A DNA stretch of 64,000 bases from a virus (taxonomy: Duplodnaviria; Caudoviricetes), in the IMG/VR virus record IMGVR_UViG_3300011429_000087, positions 100,552 through 164,551 of that record; one strand, given 5' to 3'. The position numbers and the translations under genes are program-made. A model generated the notes under the pieces. That model was not told the DNA's origin and did not search any database. It saw only the letters and a list, made by a program, of their open reading frames with translations. This document shows positions 49,433-60,301 of the stretch, in pieces (within the stretch, counting starts at the first letter, position 1; each line of letters begins with the position of its first letter).

Positions 49433-51388
49433 CTAGACTCCCTTAGCTTTGATGTAAATCTCAATCTCTTTAGCAACGCTATCCACTTCGTGCGTCGGAA
49501 TGTAATCCAACCGCGTCAGGATCGGATATTTCGCCATAAATATACTGCTAAAATTCGGCTTGTCAACCAATTTAATTTCGAAAAGTGAAGCCATTTGGGC
49601 AATCTCATGCTCGCCACTTAGGTCATGACGAGCTTTTGTAAATTTTGCAAAATCTTCACACACTTTGTTAATATGTTTAATCTTGTTAAGAAGATCCTGA
49701 TTAATACTTGTAGATCCAGGATGCTTGATGGCGGCGAATTCATAGTCAGTAAGATTTTTAATACGTTCTTCGATCTTATTCTTTGCAAGAGTAAAGATGT
49801 CTTCAAGATCCCCATCATATTTTGAGTACAACCTTGTTGGAATGCCATAAACTGTTTTGATTCCAGCGTAGTTCATCATACTTTTTAGAAAGTCTATATT
49901 ATGCTTCTTTCCATTAAACATAATATGATTATTATCGCGATGGACGATAGCGATTCCGTCGCCTTCCTCAAAGGATTCCACATTATCCCACGAACGACTA
50001 TTAAAATTCAGTTTGCGGATGCAGGATTTATTACGTTCCATAGAGGAAACTACATTAGCTTCCTTTGGAGGATCTGGCAACTGACTAAGTTTAATAAGTG
50101 GTTCATTAAAATCCTTCAGGAACTTAGTACGATCCTGAATCTTAGCCAGATAAACTCCACCATTTCGACCATTTTGACTAGTCATCCAGTGAATGATTTT
50201 ACTGCGAATTTTCTTTGACAATTCATCCAGGCCAGAATCATTTTCGATAATGTTGGGTGGAGATTCGGCAGTAGCGTGAGTAAAATCGCTGGCATGACCG
50301 TCGATATACAACATTACCCTATTACTACGTCGTCGTGTATTATACGACATGCGAACAATTTTGTAGTTATTAATTGATTCCCCGGAAAGAACGAACTGAT
50401 TGTTCACGTTTCGTAGACGGCTGCTATAACGAGTCTGAATATAGATTTTTTCGATTGTAGTCTTTGCCAAGGACATTTCGTCAATCATCTTCTTATTCAT
50501 GTCTGATGCAATAAGACTCATCTTATCTTCGATAAATTTAATTGTACGATCGTCCATGTGAAGTTCTTCGCGAGACGCCGCGAAAGAACACTCGCCAACC
50601 TTAGCATAAAGTTCTACGCTAGTATCATAAGACTGAAGGCCGTAGCTATCCACTCGGATAGAAGTAACTTGATAACAAACCTGTCCCATAACAACAGACA
50701 GTGACGCCATTCCGTTATTACTAGTAACCTTATATCCATTTCCTTCAATATCTACTTTAGGTTTATTAAAAGTGGTGATCTGACCACCAACGATATTCGG
50801 TTTAACATTAAAGTAATGATAGACTGATGAAGCAGCCTTGAGAAATGAGTTGTGATCTTGCTGCTTAATAGCAATCCTGATCTCTACGCCGTTAGCTTCG
50901 CTAGTCGGCGACTTAGCCAATAGAGTGATTGAGGGTAGATTCTTTTCATTCTTAAAAAGAGAATAAGTATAGGCTATACCTTTGTAATATGAAGTAACGG
51001 TAAAACCATCCGTGTATGCGAATGGAGACTTTGAGCCAAGGCCAAGGGCACCAGTGAATTCGTCTGAATGACTACGGGTGGAGGCAAAATAGACCGTGTA
51101 AATTTCCTTCACATCTTCTGGCGAAAGACCGAGGCCGTAATCGCGGATCTGAAAGAACGGCTCGATAAAGTTAGGAAGATGAACGTCGAAAGGCTTATGA
51201 CCATTTCCTGCCTCAATCTGAGCATCTGAAGCGTTAGTGCTTAACTCACGAATAACGGCACGAGGAATGTCACTGTAAAGTTTAGAAGATAGGATTTCGA
51301 AAGCTTTTGCGGTCGCCGCAATGGTAAAACCAGACTCGGCGGCAATCCCGTCACGCTCTACCACCCCATTTGCTTCTGCGAGCTTCAT
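49433..51388 (-). CDS. rIIA: rIIA-like protein (GHKL/HSP90-type ATPase N-domain)
   Basis: LYSD...AVIRELSTNA.DA, IRDYGLGLS, GLGSKSPFAY. Confidence 0.85.
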   Translation of the reverse strand: MKLAEANGVVERDGIAAESGFTIAATAKAFEILSSKLYSDIPRAVIRELSTNASDAQIEAGNGHKPFDVHLPNFIEPFFQIRDYGLGLSPEDVKEIYTVYFASTRSHSDEFTGALGLGSKSPFAYTDGFTVTSYYKGIAYTYSLFKNEKNLPSITLLAKSPTSEANGVEIRIAIKQQDHNSFLKAASSVYHYFNVKPNIVGGQITTFNKPKVDIEGNGYKVTSNNGMASLSVVMGQVCYQVTSIRVDSYGLQSYDTSVELYAKVGECSFAASREELHMDDRTIKFIEDKMSLIASDMNKKMIDEMSLAKTTIEKIYIQTRYSSRLRNVNNQFVLSGESINNYKIVRMSYNTRRRSNRVMLYIDGHASDFTHATAESPPNIIENDSGLDELSKKIRSKIIHWMTSQNGRNGGVYLAKIQDRTKFLKDFNEPLIKLSQLPDPPKEANVVSSMERNKSCIRKLNFNSRSWDNVESFEEGDGIAIVHRDNNHIMFNGKKHNIDFLKSMMNYAGIKTVYGIPTRLYSKYDGDLEDIFTLAKNKIEERIKNLTDYEFAAIKHPGSTSINQDLLNKIKHINKVCEDFAKFTKARHDLSGEHEIAQMASLFEIKLVDKPNFSSIFMAKYPILTRLDYIPTHEVDSVAKEIEIYIKAKGV

Positions 51389-51867
51389 ATATGTTTCCAG
51401 GTTTTCCTGTGTTTGATGTTGAAGATTGTTAGCCAGTAGACTTTGAACTTCGCAGCTATAATATCCGTTTTTTCACCTTTGTCAAGTAAATCTCGAATTT
51501 TAAGAACTTGTTGCTCGTTTAGTTTGGCACACCCGTTGCGAGAACCACGGCTTACGCCCTTTCCTCCTCCGCCATGCCTTCCTTTATTGACCATATCTAT
51601 AGTATTATCTTGATAAGTTCCTAAAAATAAGTGATCTGGCCTGACGCATGGAGGGTTATCACATTTATGACAAACGTTCATGCCCGTTGGGATTGGGCCA
51701 AAATGTATTATCCAAGATGCTCTGTGGGCTCTTATATTACGACGATTTTCGTCTGTAAAACCTCCATAACCATCTTTATCTTTACTACCAGTCCACAACC
51801 AGCAAGAACCAGTTTTGTCAACGTGTTCCCAAAATCGCACAGCTAATGGACGTTTCTTTGGTGCCAT
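51385..51867 (-). CDS. HNH homing endonuclease
   Basis: CWLW..GYG..AHR..VCHKCDNPPCVRPDHL. Confidence 0.9.
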   Translation of the reverse strand: MAPKKRPLAVRFWEHVDKTGSCWLWTGSKDKDGYGGFTDENRRNIRAHRASWIIHFGPIPTGMNVCHKCDNPPCVRPDHLFLGTYQDNTIDMVNKGRHGGGGKGVSRGSRNGCAKLNEQQVLKIRDLLDKGEKTDIIAAKFKVYWLTIFNIKHRKTWKHI

Positions 51868-51876
51868 ATTAAAATG

Positions 51877-51950
51877 AATGGATAGAGAGATTCGAACTCT
51901 CACCGTTTGATTGGAAGTCAAACATGCTAACCGTTAAACACCATATCCAC
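51877..51950 (-). tRNA. tRNA-Gly(TCC)
   Basis: TTTGA-CTTCCAA-TCAAA, U73. Confidence 0.9.
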
Positions 51951-52584
51951 ATTATAGGATACCATCCACCTTGTCATCTAAATACTTCAGTCCCTTTTCA
52001 GTAATAGAATAACTGGCTTCACCAGTCTTCTCTTCAAAGTGCATTTCTATCATGCCTTGGTCGTATAAGTCGCTTAGAATTAAATCTATTCTAATTTTCT
52101 CCATTTCTACTGCGACATCTTCTGCTGATACTAATTCTTTATCTGATAGATTCCATAAAGAACTCATAAGAATCCATTCAGAATATTCACCCTTATCCCG
52201 ATTGGCAGGGTTTCCCGCCAAATCGTGTGATTTAGAACATTTCTTTAGAGGTTTAAGGTTTTCTTTTATGATATGGTACATTCTAGATTCTTAGGAGGAA
52301 ACTTAATCTTTCCAAGGACACACCAATCAAACACAAAGTCTAGCTGTGACTGAGTTAGTTCGTTATTCGTTGAGTGCCATCTACCCACAGATAATTTAAT
52401 CCAGCCATTCTTTTCTAAGAAATGCTCTGGATCTTCCTGTGCCGCCCTTGATTGCTTTTTTAGAGGATAAAGATCCTCAATGATTTTGTCTGCCTCTTCA
52501 CAGTGTCCTAATTCCTCGACGACAATAAACTTACCGTCTGGTGACAGCCACCCATTTTGTTGCAGTTTCTTTTTCATGTTAAAA

Positions 52585-52805
52585 GACGCGGTTTGATAAC
52601 AGGTTGACGACTCTGAATCCCTGATACTAGTAGTTACACCGCAAGGTCGCCACTAGGATGTCCCGTTGTCTCCCAAGTTTATCATTCCCGGGTGGGTGGC
52701 TAGCCGCTGCTTTATAATATACTACAAGTTTGATGCAGCAAACATCTTGTAGCGTTGAGGGTTTCTGCCTTCTATACACCCACAGATTGCCCAATTCCTC
52801 GGGCG
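52585..52805 (-). ncRNA. Candidate structured ncRNA or long 5' leader
   Basis: ORF-free, follows promoter 52812-52839, several stems. Confidence 0.45.
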
Positions 52806-52811
52806 TTGTTT

Positions 52812-52839
52812 ATTATACGCTCTAAACTTAAAAAGTCAA
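52812..52839 (-). promoter_or_regulatory. sigma70-type promoter TTGACT-N16-TATAAT
   Basis: Direct match. Confidence 0.75.
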
Positions 52840-55331
52840 CAGGAAAATTAATTCTCGCTAGGCTCGGTGTGCGTCGATTTAGAGGCTTCCAGCTTTTTAA
52901 TCCTCTCTTCTAACATGCCAATTATAGCTAAAAATCTCTCATTTTGATCTACTATAGATTGCATAGCCTGATTATGTAAGCTTATAGCAACATGAATGGT
53001 TTTCATAACATTTTCATGCTCAGTAAATATAGTGGCCGCATTATAAAGCACTAAATATATGTGGATGAATGCCGCCCGAATCTCTTCCGGGGTCATTAAT
53101 TCCGTACTCAGTTCTGGCGGTTCATTAGAGACTTCTACGACCTGAGTAACAATCCCAACATATTCACGATCAGGCCACTGACAAAGCTTTCCGGCCTTGT
53201 CATCGGTTATGTTGGTTACTTTAACTTGCTTACCCGACTCTGTTAGATAGACGGTGTAACCGAATGCTGCCGCAGCTTTCTTAGAGAACCATCCGTGATG
53301 TTTCAAGCGTTCCGTCATTTAAGAGCCCCCCTTACCGCATCTACCATATCCTTATGGCGTTTTACGAACGCCTCGAAAGATTCATCCTTTCGTCGATAAG
53401 TTGTAACGGTCCACGGTTCACCGGGATGGTTAGGGTCTTGAATCGTGGTAGAAATAGTCTGGTCGGGCTGATCTGTAGTGCCAGCCCCAAACGACACTAC
53501 GGCCACCTGGGCGTATCCATTAGTGGTGGATTGATCCACGCCGAAGGTAAACAAAGCAAGGATAATGGAGGCAAGTAAATGCATATGTCACTATTTCCTT
53601 TATAAGAGATGTTTCTTCATCGTCAGGATGGCCGCAGTAATAAGTGTAGCAATCCATAAAAGGTTGAGAACTATCATCAGCCAGAACAACTTGGTCATTC
53701 GATCCTCATTAAGTGCCACCAGAATTCTCCTTTTCGGGATCAGCTATTAAACTTACAAAGAACCACAAAATAACTAAAACAACATAGATAACAGCTAGCG
53801 GAGAGGCTAGCTTATAAAGACCGAAGCCAATTAAAATTGCCACACCGATTTCTACGTAGAAAGGGATTTTCATGATTACGTCCCTGGCGGAATAAACCTA
53901 CCGAGTGGTACTAAATCATTGCACTTAAAATTAAAACAGTCTTTTAGCTGCTTCTGGACCTTACTAGTACTTAAAGCACGGTTAGTCATGACTACCGCAT
54001 CTACGGCGTCACCATTAAGATTGGTGCCATGAATGGTTGGCACCTTTTTAGAAAGTACATCTGACCACCAGCCATAAAACTTCTTAGGTACTTTTACCAT
54101 TGTTAGTTTTCCTTACATCTCTTATGAGGATTGATGTGGACGACATAAAAACAAACGATCCGGCAACTGCAATAGCAGTTAAGTGGGCCGGATATTCTAC
54201 TTAATGCATAATCATCATTGTCAGGGCTTTTAAGAAGCCGACAACAATAATGGTGCCTATAAAGTATCGCAGGAATTTGTCTTGATTTTTAGGGGTCATG
54301 TTATCCTTCGATTTTATATACAAACTTCCAGTAGTTTCATTGGCTAACGCCTTAATCTCTTCTGCCAGTTCTAGCATTTCTTCTTTTGTCTAGAATTTTA
54401 CCCACTTTATTACCCTTTAATGGAGGTGTTAGATTTCCTTACAGTGCCTATATACTTAACTTATTCCTTTGGAGGCTCTACTTCATAGACCCAATTTAGA
54501 GGGCCCCCCACTATAGCAATAACACAGAAAATTAGGATGGCTGGTATCCAGTAGGCGACAAATGTAGCGAAACCGCCTAAGAACTTAACGAAACGGTCGG
54601 TTGATTTTGATATCATTTTAATAGAGGGAAATGTCGATTCCCGTGCTCTTTTTCAGGGGTCTTACTTTAACAAGTCCCAATGGAATACTTACTAGATAGA
54701 ATAGGTGGAACAGGATGAATATAGGGAGATAAAGGATAGCAACGAGCATTATGGATATTAGTTGTGCCATTACGTTATTCCTTATTAACTCTCTTCTTTT
54801 AAGAGGATCTTTAATTCCCCAAGCCTATACTCTATACGATTAGCTTCATTCCAATGACCCTTAGAACAAGCGTCGTGGTAGAGGAATTCGAGGTGGGCGG
54901 TTTCGGATAAGATTAACTCTTTAAGCGTTAGCATTTTAATTTACCCCACCTTACCCCATTTCGCCACACCCTCCGACGGGAACTCTCTCACTTAAATTTA
55001 ACTTCTCTGAGCCAAATACCACCTATTCCCCAGGGAACTCTGTACTATTTCTAGTTTTCCTTCCTTTAAGTCTGATACTAGGGAGACAATTTGAAGATCC
55101 TTTAAAGAGGAAGATAAATCCGCCAGATTAGTTATATTAGTAAAGGCCCCGGACCGGGTTTCCTGCTCCATTATATCCTGTATCCTCTGAATGAGATTTT
55201 TCATCTTTAGGTCATCCTAGTTCTTATCTTTAAGGGACCGACGGAGTTCCATCTGAAGGTCGGAAATCCGACAGTTTGCTATGGTGCCGAGCACCACGGC
55301 CATTATAATGAACCACCACACCATGAACATT

Positions 55332-55973
55332 TTAAGTATCCAGTGAAGAGAGGAATCCGATTTTCCGCCCCCATTCTACTTGCTTTCTGGCCCATGTCAA
55401 GTAGGAATTTCGTTCGTGTTCGTGGTAGGTTATCCAGACGGGATATAAAATCCTGTGAAGGGGAGAATACTTTTCGGATAGAAAGGCTTTTTCACTAGCT
55501 AAGTCTGGAGCAAATAACCACTCCCTAAGTTTACTTTTAAGTCTTTCCTGGGAAGGTATAAGATAGTAGGATTCAGTAAGTTTACTGCCAGCATGACTTG
55601 GCGTTAAAGTACCGGGGGTCGTAATAGTTGGACCCCTATAAATGTCGGCACAATAAATTGGTACAATACAGTCCCACATAATAGAGAAGAGTCTGAGTCC
55701 TGACGGTTTAAGCCCCGTGATTTTCAGGACTGCCACCACTCTCCTTACTGTATTCCAGGCCCTCTTAATATGTTCCATCTGATAAGGGATAAGCCAATCC
55801 ATCTGGCCTTGTTGGTGAGGCGAGAATTCGGGAGTTGTTAAAAACTTAACAGAATTCTTGGCGGGAAGACGTTGATCCTCATAATAAGAATAAGGATGGA
55901 TATAAGTTCGTTCTCCGCCCTCTACTATAGTGAGGAGTGGTTTTGAATGATTCTTTTGATATTTAGATGACAT
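55332..55973 (-). CDS. Hypothetical protein
   Basis: 213-aa ORF near the start of the leftward block. Confidence 0.5.
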   Translation of the reverse strand: MSSKYQKNHSKPLLTIVEGGERTYIHPYSYYEDQRLPAKNSVKFLTTPEFSPHQQGQMDWLIPYQMEHIKRAWNTVRRVVAVLKITGLKPSGLRLFSIMWDCIVPIYCADIYRGPTITTPGTLTPSHAGSKLTESYYLIPSQERLKSKLREWLFAPDLASEKAFLSEKYSPLHRILYPVWITYHEHERNSYLTWARKQVEWGRKIGFLSSLDT

Positions 55974-56315
55974 GGGGTGATTTTAGAAGAACTCCAGAGA
56001 TTATGGGAGCATGGGGTGGATTTATCTTCCTCTTAAGTGGAATCCTAAAAGACTTAGCTTTTCCCTTACTATTATGCCTGGAATTCAGGAGGGAACGAAA
56101 GACGCTTACCAGGAAACCTAATCTCATCAATCCTCAGGATCGCCTTACTTAAGCCGAGGGGCGACGCCGGATGTGCGGGGTCCGCCCCGTGGCCGGGCAC
56201 GGGCAAAAAGTGCATGGGGGTGGGGTCGCACCACCAACGGCAAGGTTTTCCCCAAACCGGTCCGAGGGACTCTCTTGCCTATCTGGCCCACATTTAGAGC
56301 CACCCGTGCATAGAT

Positions 56316-56553
56316 AGGATACCACGTTTCCGTGGCGTGTCAAGTCGGTTTCCCTTTTCAGGGATCGTTGACGCCCAGAGTATACGTCAAGAACCCCACC
56401 TGTCAAACTGAAAAATAAAAAAGATTTAACCTTGACAAATTCGGCGGCGTGTGTTATGCTTCGTGGTTCGGAGGATGAGACGGCGTGCCGATCCGGCACA
56501 AAAGAATTTCCCCGATTTCTACTTGCATTCTTCAGGAATCGCGGTACTATACT
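56316..56553. promoter_or_regulatory. Divergent promoter cluster
   Basis: Leftward TTGACA-N16-TATCCT (56316-56343) and TTGACA-N16-TATACT (56379-56406); rightward TTGACA-N17-TATGCT (56432-56460) and TTGCAT-N16-TACTAT (56523-56550). Confidence 0.75.
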
Positions 56554-56581
56554 GACGTTCCGAAACACAAGGGAGAAACCG

Positions 56582-57535
56582 ATGAGTGCAGAAGTCGAAA
56601 CGGATCGTGGGGCCTTCACTGAGAAGGCCGCGTGGTGGGATACCGATGGTGTCCGGGTCATCAATGAACGTCTTCCGATGGAGGACTTTCTCGTCAAGGC
56701 CCGTATGTCCTACAATGTCACCAAAGAACAAGCAACCCGTTTCAATAAGGCGGGAGTGCAGGTCGATGTACCGAATCAGTTTAATCTGATTCGTGACGAT
56801 GACGAGACGGTTGTGTCACCGTCTACGGTTACGAAGAAGTACGAAGTTCGTATCCCTCGCGATCTCGCGATGGTCGTCGATCCGATCGTGCAGGGCGGAC
56901 TCGGTATCTATGATACCGCCTTCACGCTATACGGTGGACAGTCGGAAGTCGTGACGGTTCGTCTATGTGACATCAAGTCAAAGCCCGGAAACGACTCAAG
57001 CGATTGGACCTATTACCTTGTGTGCCAGAACTATCACGGTACTGGTAAGGCACGTTTCAAGATCGCCGGAAATCGTGTCGTCTGTCACAATACGGTTACT
57101 GCCGCGTTCGCTGGCGGGGCTGATCTTTCAATGGTTCACACTAAGAGTATCGTGCAGAAGTTCGCCGATGCTCCCAAAGTCTGGACGGCTGCCGCTACTG
57201 CCATTGCCGCACACTGTGACAAGCTGGCAAAGCTGGACAAGGTTGTAAACGTCCCGGAGACGATCGACGAACTGTTGGCGATCGACGACGACGCGACGAC
57301 TCAGCAGAAGAACCGTCGGGATCGTCTGGTCGCTGCCGCTTGTATGCCGATGATGGGAACGCACGGTAGGACTCTCTACGACATCTTCAATGCCGTCACC
57401 TACGACACGACGCACAACGCGGGCGGCAAGGCGGGGAAGACGATGACGGGCCGAATGGAATCTATTTTGGATGGAACGCGAGGAGACTTTGAAGAGACGA
57501 TGACGAGTAAGCTGTTTGCTCTCGCCGGAGTCTAA
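56582..57535 (+). CDS. DUF932-family phage/plasmid protein
   Basis: AW, R.D...V...Y, YL...N.H.G.G, RVVCHNT, HT, GRT.Y..FNAVT...H. Confidence 0.8.
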   Translation: MSAEVETDRGAFTEKAAWWDTDGVRVINERLPMEDFLVKARMSYNVTKEQATRFNKAGVQVDVPNQFNLIRDDDETVVSPSTVTKKYEVRIPRDLAMVVDPIVQGGLGIYDTAFTLYGGQSEVVTVRLCDIKSKPGNDSSDWTYYLVCQNYHGTGKARFKIAGNRVVCHNTVTAAFAGGADLSMVHTKSIVQKFADAPKVWTAAATAIAAHCDKLAKLDKVVNVPETIDELLAIDDDATTQQKNRRDRLVAAACMPMMGTHGRTLYDIFNAVTYDTTHNAGGKAGKTMTGRMESILDGTRGDFEETMTSKLFALAGV

Positions 57536-57549
57536 AAAGAAAGCAGAAC

Positions 57550-57574
57550 GTGGGGCCGGGAAACCCGGCCCCAC
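57550..57574 (+). terminator. GC-rich hairpin after the DUF932 gene
   Basis: GTGGGGCCGGG-AAA-CCCGGCCCCAC; no clear U tract. Confidence 0.5.
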
Positions 57575-57591
57575 TGGGGGACTAAAAAGAC

Positions 57592-57993
57592 GTGCCACGC
57601 AAAGATAAAACAAAACATCAGGAGTATAGTTTAGTACGTTATCATCAAAGACGTGCTAACGCGATTGAGTTTCTTGGTGGGCAGTGTGTCAAATGTAAAT
57701 CGTTAGATAGGTTAGAATTTGACCATATAAATCCCGCCACAAAGTCATTTCACGTCAACGATAAAATTTCTGGCGATTTAGATACTCTTATGCCAGAATT
57801 GCTTAAGTGTCAACTTTTATGCCATAGTTGCCATATGCAAAAAACTATTCTTGAGCGTGGAGATAAACCGTCCCAACATGGGTCAACTACTATGTATGGG
57901 CACGGCTGTAGGTGTCAATCTTGTAAAGCGGCAAATGCTACCTATTGGCAAAAATATAAAGCCAAAAAAAGACTTGACGCCACTAAAAAGTAG
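57592..57993 (+). CDS. HNH endonuclease
   Basis: LGGQCVKC..LEFDHINP..K..C.LLCHSCH; GCRC..C tail. Confidence 0.85.
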   Translation: MPRKDKTKHQEYSLVRYHQRRANAIEFLGGQCVKCKSLDRLEFDHINPATKSFHVNDKISGDLDTLMPELLKCQLLCHSCHMQKTILERGDKPSQHGSTTMYGHGCRCQSCKAANATYWQKYKAKKRLDATKK

Positions 57994-58198
57994 AGTATAC
58001 TAGCGTCATGGGTTACTATTATTTGCCGGGCGGAAACCACGGCGACCCGATGCGGGCCCTAAAGCTTCTGGTGAAGTTTCTTCTATGGGCAAGCCTGATA
58101 GGATTTATCGTCCTGTTGGTTCGAAAGATCACCGGAAAGATTCCTTGACTTCCGCGAGAGGCGGGGTAAAGTAAGGTAACTTCAAAAGGATCAAGACG

Positions 58199-58516
58199 AT
58201 GGACGAGACGACTAAGGCAGTCAACTACCTCCGCTCCAATGCCTGGGACTACCGCTCGCGGTTCGGCCATGATCGCAATACGTTCAGATACATCAGTGCC
58301 ATCAAGCAGGTTCGGGAAGATTTGGGGCTGACGTTGAGGGTGGCGAAGGATGCGATGGATCAGTGGCGGGACGCTGGTTTTCCGTCCGAGTTCTCCAATG
58401 CCATGCCAAATATCACTTTGTCCGGGGCCAAGCTGATTATGCAGAATCTTCTGCTTCGCGGCCTGCCCGGCCTGACCTCCCTGGAAAGGGATGCCATCCG
58501 TATCCTCGCTGATTGA
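58199..58516 (+). CDS. Protein with ribosomal bL12 (L7/L12) CTD-like motif
   Basis: ISAIKQVREDLGLTLRVAKDAMD; own promoter at 58145-58172. Confidence 0.55.
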   Translation: MDETTKAVNYLRSNAWDYRSRFGHDRNTFRYISAIKQVREDLGLTLRVAKDAMDQWRDAGFPSEFSNAMPNITLSGAKLIMQNLLLRGLPGLTSLERDAIRILAD

Positions 58517-58531
58517 CACCACAACAGGACG

Positions 58532-58585
58532 AAGACCGTCTCGACAATAAACTCCGAGTGGAGCTACGCCGGGGCGGTCTTTTTT
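58532..58585 (+). terminator. Intrinsic terminator
   Basis: AAGACCGTCTCG...CGGGGCGGTCTT followed by a T run. Confidence 0.6.
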
Positions 58586-58816
58586 AATTTGACAAACTTT
58601 TTTGATATGATAGACTTTGGGGGTCAACGCTTCCGGGACTTTAGGGCTGTTCTCTCCCCAGTTCTTTTCAGGCCACTTCCCGATTCCTCCTCGGGTCGTT
58701 CGGCTCTGACTTCAGAATACCTCAGAACTGGAAAGACGCAACCCGCAAAATAAAAATAAAAACTAGCTTGATTCCTGTAAGTCTTAGGCTATACTATTGG
58801 CACAAGGAAACCATAA

Positions 58817-59350
58817 ATGACACGCCACGAACTTCTGACGCTGTGCGAGACGATCCGGGGCGAGCTTCTTCCAGGATTCCCGGAAATTCAGACGGTACGG
58901 TTTTCGATCAGCAACCGCTATACGCGAAGCCTGGGGCGTGCTCGTTACTGCACGGGGGAAGTGATCCTGTCGGGCCCGGCCTACGTTGCCGTATCCCTGA
59001 ACGATCACCTTGCACCTGATACCGTCCGTCACGAACTAGCCCACATAGTGGCGTGGCGGCGTCACGCGGTGGCGGGGCACGGGCATACGTGGCAACGCCT
59101 TGCCGTGTCGATGGGATGCACGGGCGACCGCTGCACGCTAGGTGTGAAGCTTGGGAATGAAGTTACGCTGTCCTGTGGGGCCTGTGGGCATCAGACGGAG
59201 GAACGGGAAAACACTCTCAGAAGGTGGCACCGAAAGGGATCGCGTGCTATGTGCCCCAAGTGCCTTAAGGGCCTGCCGTTCCCCTGGGAAAGGTCCGTCA
59301 TGATGGCGGCGGCAGAGACGCCGAAAAGAATTTTGATTCAGAGGGGTTGA
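58817..59350 (+). CDS. SprT-like Zn metalloprotease with C-terminal Zn ribbon
   Basis: TRSLGRA, HELAH, GHG..W, CGAC..CPKC. Confidence 0.85.
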   Translation: MTRHELLTLCETIRGELLPGFPEIQTVRFSISNRYTRSLGRARYCTGEVILSGPAYVAVSLNDHLAPDTVRHELAHIVAWRRHAVAGHGHTWQRLAVSMGCTGDRCTLGVKLGNEVTLSCGACGHQTEERENTLRRWHRKGSRAMCPKCLKGLPFPWERSVMMAAAETPKRILIQRG

Positions 59351-59374
59351 CATCCTGAAAAGGTAGGGTACAGT
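59347..59374 (+). promoter_or_regulatory. sigma70-type promoter TTGACA-N16-TACAGT
   Basis: Direct match upstream of an ORF-free structured region. Confidence 0.7.
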
Positions 59375-59379
59375 ATGAA

Positions 59380-59630
59380 CGCCGGGACGGTTCGCTACCG
59401 CCGGTTGAGCGAAGCCCAACAAGCCTAGCACCCTGAAGCGGGTAGCTTCAATGCCCATACCGTTCCGAGGCTAAGAGGGACGGCGGGGCCACGTATGCCC
59501 CGTTAACAAAACGAGCCGCAAGGTTCGGTAGCTAGCATCACTACCCTTTTAAGGTAGGACGGAATCCCCATGGCTTTTTCATAGCTATGCCGTTAGGTGT
59601 GAAAAGGGCCCCGAGAGGGATCTCGGGGCC
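59380..59630 (+). ncRNA. Candidate ~250-nt multi-hairpin ncRNA with Lys- and Glu-like anticodon stem-loops
   Basis: At least 8 stems, G:U pairs valid on + strand, bounded by promoter and a 10-bp terminal hairpin. Confidence 0.65.
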
Positions 59631-59853
59631 TCTGCTATTTCTGGTTGACACCTAGCAAAGCTATGCTATACTCTGGTAACTCAAGGGAGACAGTCGTGCC
59701 CGAATCCATTCAGAAGATCATCCAGGATAGTAAGCTCAGTCCCGCTCAACTTCTGCACGAAGTTTGGACGAACCTTCGACTGCTCGATTCTGTCAACGGC
59801 ACGAACTATGCCAAACAGATTTCTAAAGAGCTTGAGAAATGGAGGGTCGACAG

Positions 59854-60072
59854 ATGAAGTGGACAAAGCGACAGCCCAAGGTTAGCGGCTACTACTGGCT
59901 GAAGCAACCGCAACGCGACGGGGGCTACTACATTCCTACCGTGGTCAAAGTCAAGATTAGTGACGATCCAGAATGGCCGGAGGCGACTTATTCCTCCTGC
60001 AATTATGAGTTGGACTCCGACTTTCATCCTGCGGCCCTTTGGGCCGGGCCGATTCCGCCCCCGAGGGACTAA
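59854..60072 (+). CDS. Small phage protein, paralogue of 21417..21638
   Basis: MKWTKRQPKVSGYYW...WAGPIPPP; GGAGG SD. Confidence 0.6.
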   Translation: MKWTKRQPKVSGYYWLKQPQRDGGYYIPTVVKVKISDDPEWPEATYSSCNYELDSDFHPAALWAGPIPPPRD

Positions 60073-60301
60073 CATGGAACACAGAATCAAAACGAGCCGG
60101 GGCGAAATCCTTATCAAGGATTCGCACATCTTCGAGATCGTCGTTCCCGATAACGAGCAGCTTGTCGTGACTTTCAGGGAATCAAATCTTTCCTTTAGGG
60201 TTGGCGGACTTCCTGGGGACGCCAAAGCTACGCCCCAGTGCGGAAGGGATTTTCAGGTTGACAAGTCCCAGTAAGGTGGCATAATGGGGCTTCGCCTCAA
60301 C

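Noticed and set aside
59380-59630. RNase P RNA, tmRNA, SRP RNA or hammerhead identity
   Set aside because: No GAGGAAAGTCC, no tRNA-like ends or tag ORF, and no recognisable SRP or CTGATGA/GAAA core by eye.
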